From Auanema rhodensis (taxonomy: Eukaryota; Animalia; Nematoda), in the NCBI GenBank assembly GCA_964057225.1, contig OZ059895.1, forward strand, positions 20,460,001-20,524,000: a stretch of 64,000 bases of DNA, in the 5' to 3' direction. The position numbers were made by a program, and so were the translations under genes. The notes under the pieces were generated by a model. It made no database searches. It saw only the letters and a list, made by a program, of their open reading frames with translations, and had not been told where the DNA came from. Positions 25,801-40,800 of this stretch are shown here, piece after piece. Positions within the stretch are counted from its first letter, which is position 1. Each line of letters opens with the position of its first letter.

Positions 25801-28800
25801 ATGGTAACCATGACTTTAAAATTTACGTGAACTTTAATTTATGCTAATTAAGTGTACACGTGATGTGCACTTGGTATGTAACTTGCTTCACGTGAAAGAT
25901 AAAGGGATGCGGTTTTCAAAATTAGATTCCCCATGTCCATATTAGTCTAAAAACAAATTTTTGTTGATATTGGTGGATGGTAACCATGACTTTGAATTTT
26001 ACGTGAACTTTAATTTATGCTAATTAAGTGTACACGTGATGTGCACTTGGTATGTAACTCGCTTCACGTCAAAGATAAAGAGATGCGGTTTTCAAAATTA
26101 GATTTCGCATGTCCATATAAGTCTCAAAACAAATTTTTATTGATATTGGTGCATGGTAACCATGACTTTGAAATTTACGTGAACTTTAATTTATGCTAAT
26201 TAAGTGTACACATGCTGTGCACTTGGTATGTAACTCGCTTCACGTCAAAGATAAAGAGATGCGGTTTTCAAAATTAGATTCCCCATGTCCATATTAGTCT
26301 GAAAACAAATTTTATTAATATTGGTGCATGGTAACCATGACTTTAAAATTTACGTGAACTTTAATTTATGCTAATTAAGTGTACACGTGATGTGCACTTG
26401 GTATGTAACTCGCTTCACGTGAAAGATAAAGAGATGCGGTTTTCAAAATTAGATTCCCCATGTCCATATTAGTCTAAAAACAAATTTTCATTGATATTGG
26501 TGCATGGTAACCATGACTTTAAAATTTACGTGAACTTTAATTTATGCTAATTAAGTGTACACATGATGTGCACTTGGTATGTAACTCGCTTCACGTCAAA
26601 GATAAAGAGATGAGGTTTTCAAAATTAGATTCCCCATGTCCATATTAGTCTAAAAACAAATTTTTATTGATATTGGTGCATGGTAACCATGACTTTAAAA
26701 TTTACGTGAACTTTAATTTATGCTAATTAAGTGTACAAATGATGTGCGCTTGGTATGTAACTCTCTTCACGTGAAAGATAAAGAGATGCGGTTTTCAAAA
26801 TTAGATTCCTCATGTCCATATTAGTCTAAAAACGAATTTTTATTGATATTGGTGCATGGTAACCATGACTTTAAAATTTACGTGAACTTTAATTTATGCT
26901 AATTAAGTGTACACATGATGTGCACTTGGTATGTAACTCGCTTCACGTGAAAGATAAAGAGATGCGGTTTTCAAAATTAGATTCCCCATGTCCATATTAG
27001 TCTAAAAACAAATTGTTATTGATATTGGTGCATGGTAACCATGACTTTAAAATTTACGTGAACTTTAATTTATGCTAATTAAGTGTACACATGATGTGCA
27101 CTTGGTATGTAACTCGCTTCACGTGAAAGATAAAGAGATGCGGTTTTCAAAATTAGATTCCCCATGTCCATATTAGTCTAAAAACATATTTTTATTAATA
27201 TTGGTGCATGGTAACCATGACTTTGAAATTTACGTGAACTTTAATTTATGCTAATTAAGTGTACACATGATGTGCACTTGGTATGTAACTCGCTTCACGT
27301 GAAAGATAAAGAGATGCGGTTTTCAAAATTAGATTCCCCATGTCCATATTAGTCTAAAAACAAATTTTTATTGATATTGGTGCATGGTAACCATGACTTT
27401 AAAATTTACGTGAACTTTAATTTATGCTAATTAAGTGTACACATGATGTGCACTTGGTATGTAACTCGCTTCACGTCAAAGATAAAGAGATGAGGTTTTC
27501 AAAATTAGATTCCCCATGTCCATATTAGTCTAAAAACAAATTTTTATTGATATTGGTGCATGGTAACCATGACTTTAAAATTTACGTGAACTTTAATTTA
27601 TGCTAATTAAGTGTACACATGATGTGCACTTGGTATGTAACTCGCTTCACGTCAAAGATAAAGAGATGCGGTTTTCAAAATTAGATTCCCCATGTCCATA
27701 TTAGTCTAAAAACAAATTTTTATTAATATTGGTGCATGGTAACCATGACTTTGAAATTTACGTGAACTTTAATTTATGCTAATTAAGTGTACACATGATG
27801 TGCACTTGGTATGTAACTCGCTTCAAGTGAAAGATAAAGAGATGCGGTTTTCAAAATTAGATTTCGCATGTCCATATTAGTCTAAAAACAAATTTTTATT
27901 GATATTGGTGCATGGTAACCATGACTTTAAAATTTACGTGAACTTTAATTTATGCTAATTAAGTGTACACATGATGTGCACTTGGTATGTAACTCGCTTC
28001 ACGTCAAAGATAAAGAGATGCGGTTTTCAAAATTAGATTCCCCATGTCCATATAAGTCTAAAAACAAATTTTTATTAATATTGGTGCATGGTAACCATGA
28101 CTTTGAAATTTACGTGAACTTTAATTTATGCTAATTAAGTGTACACATGCTGTGCACTTGGTATGTAACTCGCTTCACGTTAAAGATAAAGAGATGCGGT
28201 TTTCAAAATTAGATTCCCCATGTCCATATTAGTCTAAAAACAATTTTTTATCAATATTGGTGCATGGTAACCATGACTTTGAAATTTACGTGAACTTTAA
28301 TTTATGCTAATTAAGTGTACAAATGATGTGCGCTTGGTATGTAACTCTCTTCACGTGAAAGATAAAGAGATGCGGTTTTCAAAATTAGATTCCTCATGTC
28401 CATATTAGTCTAAAAACGAATTTTTATTGATATTGGTGCATGGTAACTATGACTTTGAAATTTACGTGAACTTTAATTTATGCTAATTAAGTGTACACAT
28501 GATGTGCACTTGGTATGTAACTCGCTTCAAGTGAAAGATAAAGAGATGCGCTTTTCAAAATTAGATTTCGCATGTCCATATTAGTCTAAAAACAAATTTT
28601 TATTGATATTGGTGCATGGTAACCATGACTTTAAAATTTACGTGAACTTTAATTTATGCTAATTAAGTGTACACATGATGTGCACTTGGTATGTAACTCG
28701 CTTCACGTCAAAGATAAAGAGATGCGGTTTTCAAAATTAGATTCCCCATGTCCATGTTAGTCTAAAAACAAATTTCTATTAATATTGGTGCATGGTAACT

Positions 28801-28831
28801 ATGACTTTGAAATTTACGTGAACTTTAATTT
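16867..28831. repeat. Transition zone with interleaved left- and right-type monomer blocks
   Basis: Right-type alleles (GCGCTTTT first near 18871, TATCAAT, CATGTTAG) appear at 17.4-20.9 kb. Left-type cassettes return at 20.9-26.2 kb (last AAGGGATG near 25901, last TCTCAAAA near 26121). Three 175-bp monomers start at 16867, 24610 and 26193. Confidence 0.8.
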
Positions 28832-31800
28832 ATGCTAATTAAGTGTACACATGATGTGCACTTGGTATGTAACTCGCTTCAAGTGAAAGATAAAGAGATG
28901 CGCTTTTCAAAATTAGATTTCGCATGTCCATATTAGTCTAAAAACAAATTTTTATTGATATTGGTGCATGGTAACCATGACTTTAAAATTTACGTGAACT
29001 TTAATTTATGCTAATTAAGTGTACACATGATGTGCACTTGGTATGTAACTCGCTTCACGTCAAAGATAAAGAGATGCGGTTTTCAAAATTAGATTCCCCA
29101 TGTCCATATTAGTCTAAAAACAAATTTTTATGAATATTGGTGCATGGTAACCATGACTTTGAAATTTACGTGAACTTTAATTTATGCTAATTAAGTGTAC
29201 ACATGATGTGCACTTGGTATGTAACTCGCTTCACGTCAAAGATAAAGAGATGCGGTTTTGAAAATTAGATTCCCCATGTCCATATTAGTCTAAAAACAAA
29301 TTTTTATTAATATTGGTGCATGGTAACCATGACTTTGAAATTTACGTGAACTTTAATTTATGCTAATTAAGTGTACACATGATGTGCACTTGGTATGTAA
29401 CTCGCTTCACGTCAAAGATAAAGAGATGCGGTTTTCAAAATTAGATTCCCCATGTCCATATTAGTCTAAAAACAATTTTTTATCAATATTGGTGCATGGT
29501 AACCATGACTTTGAAATTTACGTGAACTTTAATTTTTGCTAATTAAGTGTACACATGATGTGCACTTGGTATGTAACTCGCTTCACGTCAAAGATAAAGA
29601 GATGCGGTTTTCAAAATTAGATTCCCCATGTCCATATTAGTCTAAAAACAAATTTTTATTAATATTGGTGCATGGTAACCATGACTTTGAATTTTACGTG
29701 AACTTTAATTTATGCTAATTAAGTGTACACATGATGTGCACTTGGTATGTAACTCGCTTCAAGTGAAAGATAAAGAGATGCGGTTTTCAAAATTAGATTT
29801 CGCATGTCCATATTAGTCTAAAAACAAATTTTTATTGATATTGGTGCATGGTAACCATGACTTTAAAATTTACGTGAACTTTAATTTATGCTAATTAAGT
29901 GTACACATGATGTGCACTTGGTATGTAACTCGCTTCACGTCAAAGATAAAGAGATGCGGTTTTTAAAATTAGATTCCCCATGTCCATATAAGTCTAAAAA
30001 CAAATTTTTATTAATATTGGTGCATGGTAACCATGACTTTGAAATTTACGTGAACTTTAATTTATGCTAATTAAGTGTACACATGCTGTGCACTTGGTAT
30101 GTAACTCGCTTCACGTCAAAGATAAAGAGATGCGGTTTTCAAAATTAGATTCCCCATGTCCATATAAGTCTAAAAACAAATTTTTATTAATATTGGTGCA
30201 TGGTAACCATGACTTTAAAATTTACGTGAACTTCAATTTATGCTAATTAAGTGTACACGTGATGTGCGCTTGGTATGTAACTCTCTTCACGTGAAAGGTA
30301 AAGAGATGCGGTTTTCAAAATTAGATTCCTCATGTCCATATTAGTCTAAAAACGAATTTTTATTGATATTGGTGCATGGTAACCATGACTTTAAAATTTA
30401 CGTGAACTTTAATTTATGCTAATTAAGTGTACACATGATGTGCACTTGGTATGTAACTTGCTTCACGTCAAAGATAAAGAGATGCGGTTTTCAAAATTAG
30501 ATTCCCCATGTCCATTTTAGTCTAAAAACGAATTTTTATTGATATTGGTGGATGGTAACCATGACTTTAAAACTTACGTGAACTTCAATTTATGCTAATT
30601 AAGTGTACACGTGATGTGCACTTGGTATGTAACTCGCTTCACGTGAAAGATAAAGAGATGCGGTTTTCAAAATTAGATTCCTCATGTCCATATTAGTCTA
30701 AAAACGAATTTTTATTGATATTGGTGCATGGTAACCATGACTTTAAAATTTACGTGAACTTTAATTTATGCTAATTAAGTGTACACATGATGTGCACTTG
30801 GTATGTAACTCGCTTCACGTCAAAGATAAAGAGATGCGGTTTTCAAAATTAGATTCCCCATGTCCATGTTAGTCTAAAAACAAATTTCTATTAATATTGG
30901 TGCATGGTAACTATGACTTTGAAATTTACGTGAATTTTAATTTATGCTAATTAAGTGTACACATGATGTGCACTTGGTATGTAACTCGCTTCAAGTGAAA
31001 GATAAAGAGATGCGCTTTTCAAAATTAGATTTCGCATGTCCATATTAGTCTAAAAACAAATTTTTATTGATATTGGTGCATGGTAACCATGACTTTAAAA
31101 TTTACGTGAACTTTAATTTATGCTAATTAAGTGTACACATGATGTGCACTTGGTATGTAACTCGCTTCACGTCAAAGATAAAGAGATGCGGTTTTCAAAA
31201 TTAGATTCCCCATGTCCATATTAGTCTAAAAACAAATTTTTATGAATATTGGTGCATGGTAACCATGACTTTGAAATTTACGTGAACTTTAATTTATGCT
31301 AATTAAGTGTACACATGATGTGCACTTGGTATGTAACTCGCTTCACGTCAAAGATAAAGAGATGCGGTTTTGAAAATTAGATTCCCCATGTCCATATTAG
31401 TCTAAAAACAAATTTTTATTAATGTTGGTGCATGGTAACCATGACTTTGAAATTTACGTGAACTTTAATTTATGCTAATTAAGTGTACACATGATGTGCA
31501 CTTGGTAAGTAACTCGCTTCACGTCAAAGATAAAGAGATGCGGTTTTCAAAATTAGATTCCCCATGTCCATATTAGTCTAAAAACAATTTTTTATCAATA
31601 TTGGTGCATGGTAACCATGACTTTGAAATTTACGTGAACTTTAATTTATGCTAATTAAGTGTACACATGATGTGCACTTGGTATGTAACTCGCTTCACGT
31701 CAAAGATAAAGAGATGCGGTTTTGAAAATTAGATTCCCCATGTCCATATTAGTCTAAAAACAAATTTTTATTAATATTGGTGCATGGTAACCATGACTTT

Positions 31801-34800
31801 GAAATTTACGTGAACTTTAATTTATGCTAATTAAGTGTACACATGATGTGCACTTGGTAAGTAACTCGCTTCACGTCAAAGATAAAGAGATGCGGTTTTC
31901 AAAATTAGATTCCCCATGTCCATATTAGTCTAAAAACAATTTTTTATCAATATTGGTGCATGGTAACCATGACTTTGAAATTTACGTGAACTTTAATTTT
32001 TGCTAATTAAGTGTACACATGCTGTGCGCTTGGTATGTAACTCTCTTCACGTGAAAGATAAAGAGATGCGGTTTCCAAAATTAGATTCCCCATGTCCATA
32101 TTAGTCTAAAAACAAATTTTTATTGATATTGGTGCATGGTAACCATGACTTTAAAATTTACGTGAACTTTAATTTATGCTAATTAAGTGTACACATGATG
32201 TGCACTTGGTATGTAACTCGCTTCACGTCAAAGATAAAGAGATGCGGTTTTCAAAATTAGATTCCCCATGTCCATGTTAGTCTAAAAACAAATTTCTATT
32301 AATATTGGTGCATGGTAACTATGACTTTGAAATTTACGTGAACTTTAATTTATGCTAATTAAGTGTACACATGATGTGCACTTGGTATGTAACTCGCTTC
32401 AAGTGAAAGATAAAGAGATGCGCTTTTCAAAATTAGATTTCGCATGTCCATATTAGTCTAAAAACAAATTTTTATTGATATTGGTGCATGGTAACCATGA
32501 CTTTAAAATTTACGTGAACTTTAATTTATGCTAATTAAGTGTACACATGATGTGCACTTGGTATGTAACTCGCTTCACGTCAAAGATAAAGAGATGCGGT
32601 TTTCAAAATTAGATTCCCCATGTCCATATTAGTCTAAAAACAAATTTTTATTAATATTGGTGCATGGTAACCATGACTTTGAAATTTACGTGAACTTTAA
32701 TTTATGCTAATTAAGTGTACACATGATGTGCACTTGGTATGTAACTCGCTTCACGTCAAAGATAAAAAGATGAGGTTTTCAAAATTAGATTCCCCATGTC
32801 CATATTAGTCTAAAAACAAATTTTTATTAATATTGGTGCATGGTAACCATGACTTTGAAATTTACGTGAACTTTAATTTATGCTAATTAAGTGTACACAT
32901 GATGTGCGCTTGGTATGTAACTCGCTTCACGTGAAAGATAAAGAGATGCGGTTTCCAAAATTAGATTCCCCATGTCCATATTAGTCTAAAAACAAATTTT
33001 TATTGATATTGGTGCATGGCAACCATGACTTTAAAATTTACGTGAACTTTAATTTATGTTAATTAAGTGTACACATGATGTGCACTTGGTATGTAACTCG
33101 CTTCACTCAAAGATAAAGAGATGCGGTTTTCAAAATTAGATTCCCCATGTCCATATTAGTCTAAAAACAATTTTTTATCAATATTGGTGCATGGTAACCA
33201 TGACTTTGAAATTTACGTGAACTTTAATTTATGCTAATTAAGTGTACACATGATGTGCGCTTGGTATGTAACTCTCTTCACGTGAAAGATAAAGAGATGC
33301 GGTTTTCAAAATTAGATTCCTCATGTCCATATTAGTCTAAAAACGAATTTTTATTGATATTAATGCATGGTAACCATGACTTTAAAATTTACGTGAACTT
33401 TAATTTATGCTAATTAAGTGTACACATGATATGCACTTGGTATGTAACTCGCTTCACGTCAAAGATAAAGAGATGCGGTTTTCAAAATTAGATTCCCCAT
33501 GTCCATATTAGCCTAAAAACAAATTTTTTATTGATATTGGTGCATGGTAACCATGACTTTGAAATTTACGTGAACTTTAATTTATGCTAATTAAGTGTAC
33601 ACGTGATGTGCACTTGGTATGTAACTCGCTTCACGTGAAAGATAAAGAGATGCGGTTTTCAAAATTAGATTCCCCATGTCCATATTAGTCTAAACACAAA
33701 TTTTTATTGATATTGGTGCATGGTAACCATGACTTTGAAATTTACGTGAACTTTAATTTATGCTAATTAAGTGTACACGTGATGTGCACTTGGTATGTAA
33801 CTCGCTTCACGTGAAAGATAAAAAGATGCGGTTTTCAAAATTAGATTCCCCATGTCCATGTTAGTCTAAAAACAAATTTCTATTAATATTGGTGCATGGT
33901 AACTATGACTTTGAAATTTACGTGAACTTTAATTTATGCTAATTAAGTGTACACATGATGTGCACTTGGTATGTAACTCGCTTCAAGTGAAAGATAAAGA
34001 GATGCGCTTTTCAAAATTAGATTTCGCATGTCCATATTAGTCTAAAAACAAATTTTTATTGATATTGGTGCATGGTAACCATGACTTTAAAATGTACGTG
34101 AACTTTAATTTATGCTAATTAAGTGTACACATGATGTGCACTTGGTATGTAACTCGCTTCACGTCAAAGATAAAGAGATGCGGTTTTCAAAATTAGATTC
34201 CCCATGTCCATATTAGTCTAAAAACAAATTTTTATTAATATTGGTGCATGGTAACCATGACTTTGAAATTTACGTGAACTTTAATTTATGCTAATTAAGT
34301 GTACACATGATGTGCACTTGGTATGTAACTCGCTTCACGTCAAAGATAAAAAGATGAGGTTTTCAAAATTAGATTCCCCATGTCCATATTAGTCTAAAAA
34401 CAAATTTTTATTAATATTGGTGCATGGTAACCATGACTTTGAAATTTACGTGAACTTTAATTTATGCTAATTAAGTGTACACATGATGTGCACTTGGTAT
34501 GTAACTCGCTTCACGTCAAAGATAAAGAGATGCGGTTTTCAAAATTAGATTCCCCATGTCCATGTTAGTCTAAAAACAAATTTCTATTAATATTGGTGCA
34601 TGGTAACTATGACTTTGAAATTTACGTGAACTTTAATTTATGCTAATTAAGTGTACACATGATGTGCACTTGGTATGTAACTCGCTTCAAGTGAAAGATA
34701 AAGAGATGCGCTTTTCAAAATTAGATTTCGCATGTCCATATTAGTCTAAAAACAAATTTTTATTGATATTGGTGCATGGTAACCATGACTTTAAAATTTA

Positions 34801-37800
34801 CGTGAACTTTAATTTATGCTAATTAAGTGTACACATGATGTGCACTTGGTATGTAACTCGCTTCACGTCAAAGATAAAGAGATGCGGTTTTCAAAATTAG
34901 ATTCCCCATGTCCATATTAGTCTAAAAACAAATTTTTATGAATATTGGTGCATGGTAACCATGACTTTGAAATTTACGTGAACTTTAATTTATGCTAATT
35001 AAGTGTACACATGATGTGCACTTGGTATGTAACTCGCTTCACGTCAAAGATAAAGAGATGCGGTTTTGAAAATTAGATTCCCCATGTCCATATTAGTCTA
35101 AAAACAAATTTTTATTAATATTGGTGCATGGTAACCATGACTTTGAAATTTACGTGAACTTTAATTTATGCTAATTAAGTGTACACATGATGTGCACTTG
35201 GTAAGTAACTCGCTTCACGTCAAAGATAAAGAGATGCGGTTTTCAAAATTAGATTCCCCATGTCCATATTAGTCTAAAAACAATTTTTTATCAATATTGG
35301 TGCATGGTAACCATGACTTTGAAATTTACGTGAACTTTAATTTATGCTAATTAAGTGTACACATGATGTGCACTTGGTATGTAACTCGCTTCACGTCAAA
35401 GATAAAGAGATGCGGTTTTGAAAATTAGATTCCCCATGTCCATATTAGTCTAAAAACAAATTTTTATTAATATTGGTGCATGGTAACCATGACTTTGAAA
35501 TTTACGTGAACTTTAATTTATGCTAATTAAGTGTACACATGATGTGCACTTGGTAAGTAACTCGCTTCACGTCAAAGATAAAGAGATGCGGTTTTGAAAA
35601 TTAGATTCCCCATGTCCATATTAGTCTAAAAACAATTTTTTATCAATATTGGTGCATGGTAACCATGACTTTGAAATTTACGTGAACTTTAATTTTTGCT
35701 AATTAAGTGTACACATGCTGTGCGCTTGGTATGTAACTCTCTTCACGTGAAAGATAAAGAGATGCGGTTTCCAAAATTAGATTCCCCATGTCCATATTAG
35801 TCTAAAAACAAATTTTTATTGATATTGGTGCATGGTAACCATGACTTTAAAATTTACGTGAACTTTAATTTATGCTAATTAAGTGTACACATGATGTGCA
35901 CTTGGTATGTAACTCGCTTCACGTCAAAGATAAAGAGATGCGGTTTTCAAAATTAGATTCCCCATGTCCATGTTAGTCTAAAAACAAATTTCTATTAATA
36001 TTGGTGCATGGTAACTATGACTTTGAAATTTACGTGAACTTTAATTTATGCTAATTAAGTGTACACATGATGTGCACTTGGTATGTAACTCGCTTCAAGT
36101 GAAAGATAAAGAGATGCGCTTTTCAAAATTAGATTTCGCATGTCCATATTAGTCTAAAAACAAATTTTTATTGATATTGGTGCATGGTAACCATGACTTT
36201 AAAATTTACGTGAACTTTAATTTATGCTAATTAAGTGTACACATGATGTGCACTTGGTATGTAACTCGCTTCACGTCAAAGATAAAGAGATGCGGTTTTC
36301 AAAATTAGATTCCCCATGTCCATATTAGTCTAAAAACAAATTTTTATTAATATTGGTGCATGGTAACCATGACTTTGAAATTTACGTGAACTTTAATTTA
36401 TGCTAATTAAGTGTACACATGATGTGCACTTGGTAAGTAACTCGCTTCACGTCAAAGATAAAGAGATGCGGTTTTGAAAATTAGATTCCCCATGTCCATA
36501 TTAGTCTAAAAACAATTTTTTATCAATATTGGTGCATGGTAACCATGACTTTGAAATTTACGTGAACTTTAATTTTTGCTAATTAAGTGTACACATGCTG
36601 TGCGCTTGGTATGTAACTCTCTTCACGTGAAAGATAAAGAGATGCGGTTTCCAAAATTAGATTCCCCATGTCCATACTAGTCTAAAAACAAATTTTTATT
36701 AATATTGGTGCATGGTAACCATGACTTTGAAATTTACGTGAACTTTAATTTATGCTAATTAAGTGTACACATGATGTGCACTTGGTATGTAACTCGCTTC
36801 ACGTCAAAGATAAAAAGATGAGGTTTTCAAAATTAGATTCCCCATGTCCATATTAGTCTAAAAACAAATTTTTATTAATATTGGTGCATGGTAACCATGA
36901 CTTTGAAATTTACGTGAACTTTAATTTATGCTAATTAAGTGTACACATGATGTGCGCTTGGTATGTAACTCGCTTCACGTGAAAGATAAAGAGATGCGGT
37001 TTCCAAAATTAGATTCCCCATGTCCATATTAGTCTAAAAACAAATTTTTATTGATATTGGTGCATGGCAACCATGACTTTAAAATTTACGTGAACTTTAA
37101 TTTATGTTAATTAAGTGTACACATGATGTGCACTTGGTATGTAACTCGCTTCACTCAAAGATAAAGAGATGCGGTTTTCAAAATTAGATTCCCCATGTCC
37201 ATATTAGTCTAAAAACAATTTTTTATCAATATTGGTGCATGGTAACCATGACTTTGAAATTTACGTGAACTTTAATTTATGCTAATTAAGTGTACACATG
37301 ATGTGCGCTTGGTATGTAACTCTCTTCACGTGAAAGATAAAGAGATGCGGTTTTCAAAATTAGATTCCTCATGTCCATATTAGTCTAAAAACGAATTTTT
37401 ATTGATATTAATGCATGGTAACCATGACTTTAAAATTTACGTGAACTTTAATTTATGCTAATTAAGTGTACACATGATATGCACTTGGTATGTAACTCGC
37501 TTCACGTCAAAGATAAAGAGATGCGGTTTTCAAAATTAGATTCCCCATGTCCATATTAGCCTAAAAACAAATTTTTTATTGATATTGGTGCATGGTAACC
37601 ATGACTTTGAAATTTACGTGAACTTTAATTTATGCTAATTAAGTGTACACGTGATGTGCACTTGGTAAGTAACTCGCTTCACGTGAAAGATAAAGAGATG
37701 CGGTTTTCAAAATTAGATTCCTCATGTCCATATTAGTCTAAAAACGAATTTTTATTGATATTAATGCATGGTAACCATGACTTTAAAATTTACGTGAACT

Positions 37801-40800
37801 TTAATTTATGCTAATTAAGTGTACACATGATATGCACTTGGTATGTAACTCGCTTCACGTCAAAGATAAAGAGATGCGGTTTTCAAAATTAGATTCCCCA
37901 TGTCCATATTAGCCTAAAAACAAATTTTTTATTGATATTGGTGCATGGTAACCATGACTTTGAAATTTACGTGAACTTTAATTTATGCTAATTAAGTGTA
38001 CACATGATGTGCACTTGGTAAGTAACTCGCTTCACGTCAAAGATAAAGAGATGCGGTTTTCAAAATTAGATTCCCCATGTCCATATTAGTCTAAAAACAA
38101 TTTTTTATCAATATTGGTGCATGGTAACCATGACTTTGAAATTTACGTGAACTTTAATTTATGCTAATTAAGTGTACACATGATGTGCACTTGGTATGTA
38201 ACTCGCTTCACGTCAAAGATAAAGAGATGCGGTTTTGAAAATTAGATTCCCCATGTCCATATTAGTCTAAAAACAAATTTTTATTAATATTGGTGCATGG
38301 TAACCATGACTTTGAAATTTACGTGAACTTTAATTTATGCTAATTAAGTGTACACATGATGTGCACTTGGTAAGTAACTCGCTTCACGTCAAAGATAAAG
38401 AGATGCGGTTTTGAAAATTAGATTCCCCATGTCCATATTAGTCTAAAAACAATTTTTTATCAATATTGGTGCATGGTAACCATGACTTTGAAATTTACGT
38501 GAACTTTAATTTTTGCTAATTAAGTGTACACATGCTGTGCGCTTGGTATGTAACTCTCTTCACGTGAAAGATAAAGAGATGCGGTTTCCAAAATTAGATT
38601 CCCCATGTCCATATTAGTCTAAAAACAAATTTTTATTGATATTGGTGCATGGTAACCATGACTTTAAAATTTACGTGAACTTTAATTTATGCTAATTAAG
38701 TGTACACATGATGTGCACTTGGTATGTAACTCGCTTCACGTCAAAGATAAAGAGATGCGGTTTTCAAAATTAGATTCCCCATGTCCATGTTAGTCTAAAA
38801 ACAAATTTCTATTAATATTGGTGCATGGTAACTATGACTTTGAAATTTACGTGAACTTTAATTTATGCTAATTAAGTGTACACATGATGTGCACTTGGTA
38901 TGTAACTCGCTTCAAGTGAAAGATAAAGAGATGCGCTTTTCAAAATTAGATTTCGCATGTCCATATTAGTCTAAAAACAAATTTTTATTGATATTGGTGC
39001 ATGGTAACCATGACTTTAAAATTTACGTGAACTTTAATTTATGCTAATTAAGTGTACACATGATGTGCACTTGGTATGTAACTCGCTTCACGTCAAAGAT
39101 AAAGAGATGCGGTTTTCAAAATTAGATTCCCCATGTCCATACTAGTCTAAAAACAAATTTTTATTAATATTGGTGCATGGTAACCATGACTTTGAAATTT
39201 ACGTGAACTTTAATTTATGCTAATTAAGTGTACACATGATGTGCACTTGGTATGTAACTCGCTTCACGTCAAAGATAAAAAGATGAGGTTTTCAAAATTA
39301 GATTCCCCATGTCCATATTAGTCTAAAAACAAATTTTTATTAATATTGGTGCATGGTAACCATGACTTTGAAATTTACGTGAACTTTAATTTATGCTAAT
39401 TAAGTGTACACATGATGTGCGCTTGGTATGTAACTCGCTTCACGTGAAAGATAAAGAGATGCGGTTTCCAAAATTAGATTCCCCATGTCCATATTAGTCT
39501 AAAAACAAATTTTTATTGATATTGGTGCATGGCAACCATGACTTTAAAATTTACGTGAACTTTAATTTATGTTAATTAAGTGTACACATGATGTGCACTT
39601 GGTATGTAACTCGCTTCACTCAAAGATAAAGAGATGCGGTTTTCAAAATTAGATTCCCCATGTCCATATTAGTCTAAAAACAATTTTTTATCAATATTGG
39701 TGCATGGTAACCATGACTTTGAAATTTACGTGAACTTTAATTTATGCTAATTAAGTGTACACATGATGTGCGCTTGGTATGTAACTCTCTTCACGTGAAA
39801 GATAAAGAGATGCGGTTTTCAAAATTAGATTCCTCATGTCCATATTAGTCTAAAAACGAATTTTTATTGATATTAATGCATGGTAACCATGACTTTAAAA
39901 TTTACGTGAACTTTAATTTATGCTAATTAAGTGTACACATGATATGCACTTGGTATGTAACTCGCTTCACGTCAAAGATAAAGAGATGCGGTTTTCAAAA
40001 TTAGATTCCCCATGTCCATATTAGCCTAAAAACAAATTTTTTATTGATATTGGTGCATGGTAACCATGACTTTGAAATTTACGTGAACTTTAATTTATGC
40101 TAATTAAGTGTACACGTGATGTGCACTTGGTATGTAACTCGCTTCACGTGAAAGATAAAAAGATGCGGTTTTCAAAATTAGATTCCCCATGTCCATGTTA
40201 GTCTAAAAACAAATTTCTATTAATATTGGTGCATGGTAACTATGACTTTGAAATTTACGTGAACTTTAATTTATGCTAATTAAGTGTACACATGATGTGC
40301 ACTTGGTATGTAACTCGCTTCAAGTGAAAGATAAAGAGATGCGCTTTTCAAAATTAGATTTCGCATGTCCATATTAGTCTAAAAACAAATTTTTATTGAT
40401 ATTGGTGCATGGTAACCATGACTTTAAAATGTACGTGAACTTTAATTTATGCTAATTAAGTGTACACATGATGTGCACTTGGTATGTAACTCGCTTCACG
40501 TCAAAGATAAAGAGATGCGGTTTTCAAAATTAGATTCCCCATGTCCATATTAGTCTAAAAACAAATTTTTATTAATATTGGTGCATGGTAACCATGACTT
40601 TGAAATTTACGTGAACTTTAATTTATGCTAATTAAGTGTACACATGATGTGCACTTGGTATGTAACTCGCTTCACGTCAAAGATAAAAAGATGAGGTTTT
40701 CAAAATTAGATTCCCCATGTCCATATTAGTCTAAAAACAAATTTTTATTAATATTGGTGCATGGTAACCATGACTTTGAAATTTACGTGAACTTTAATTT

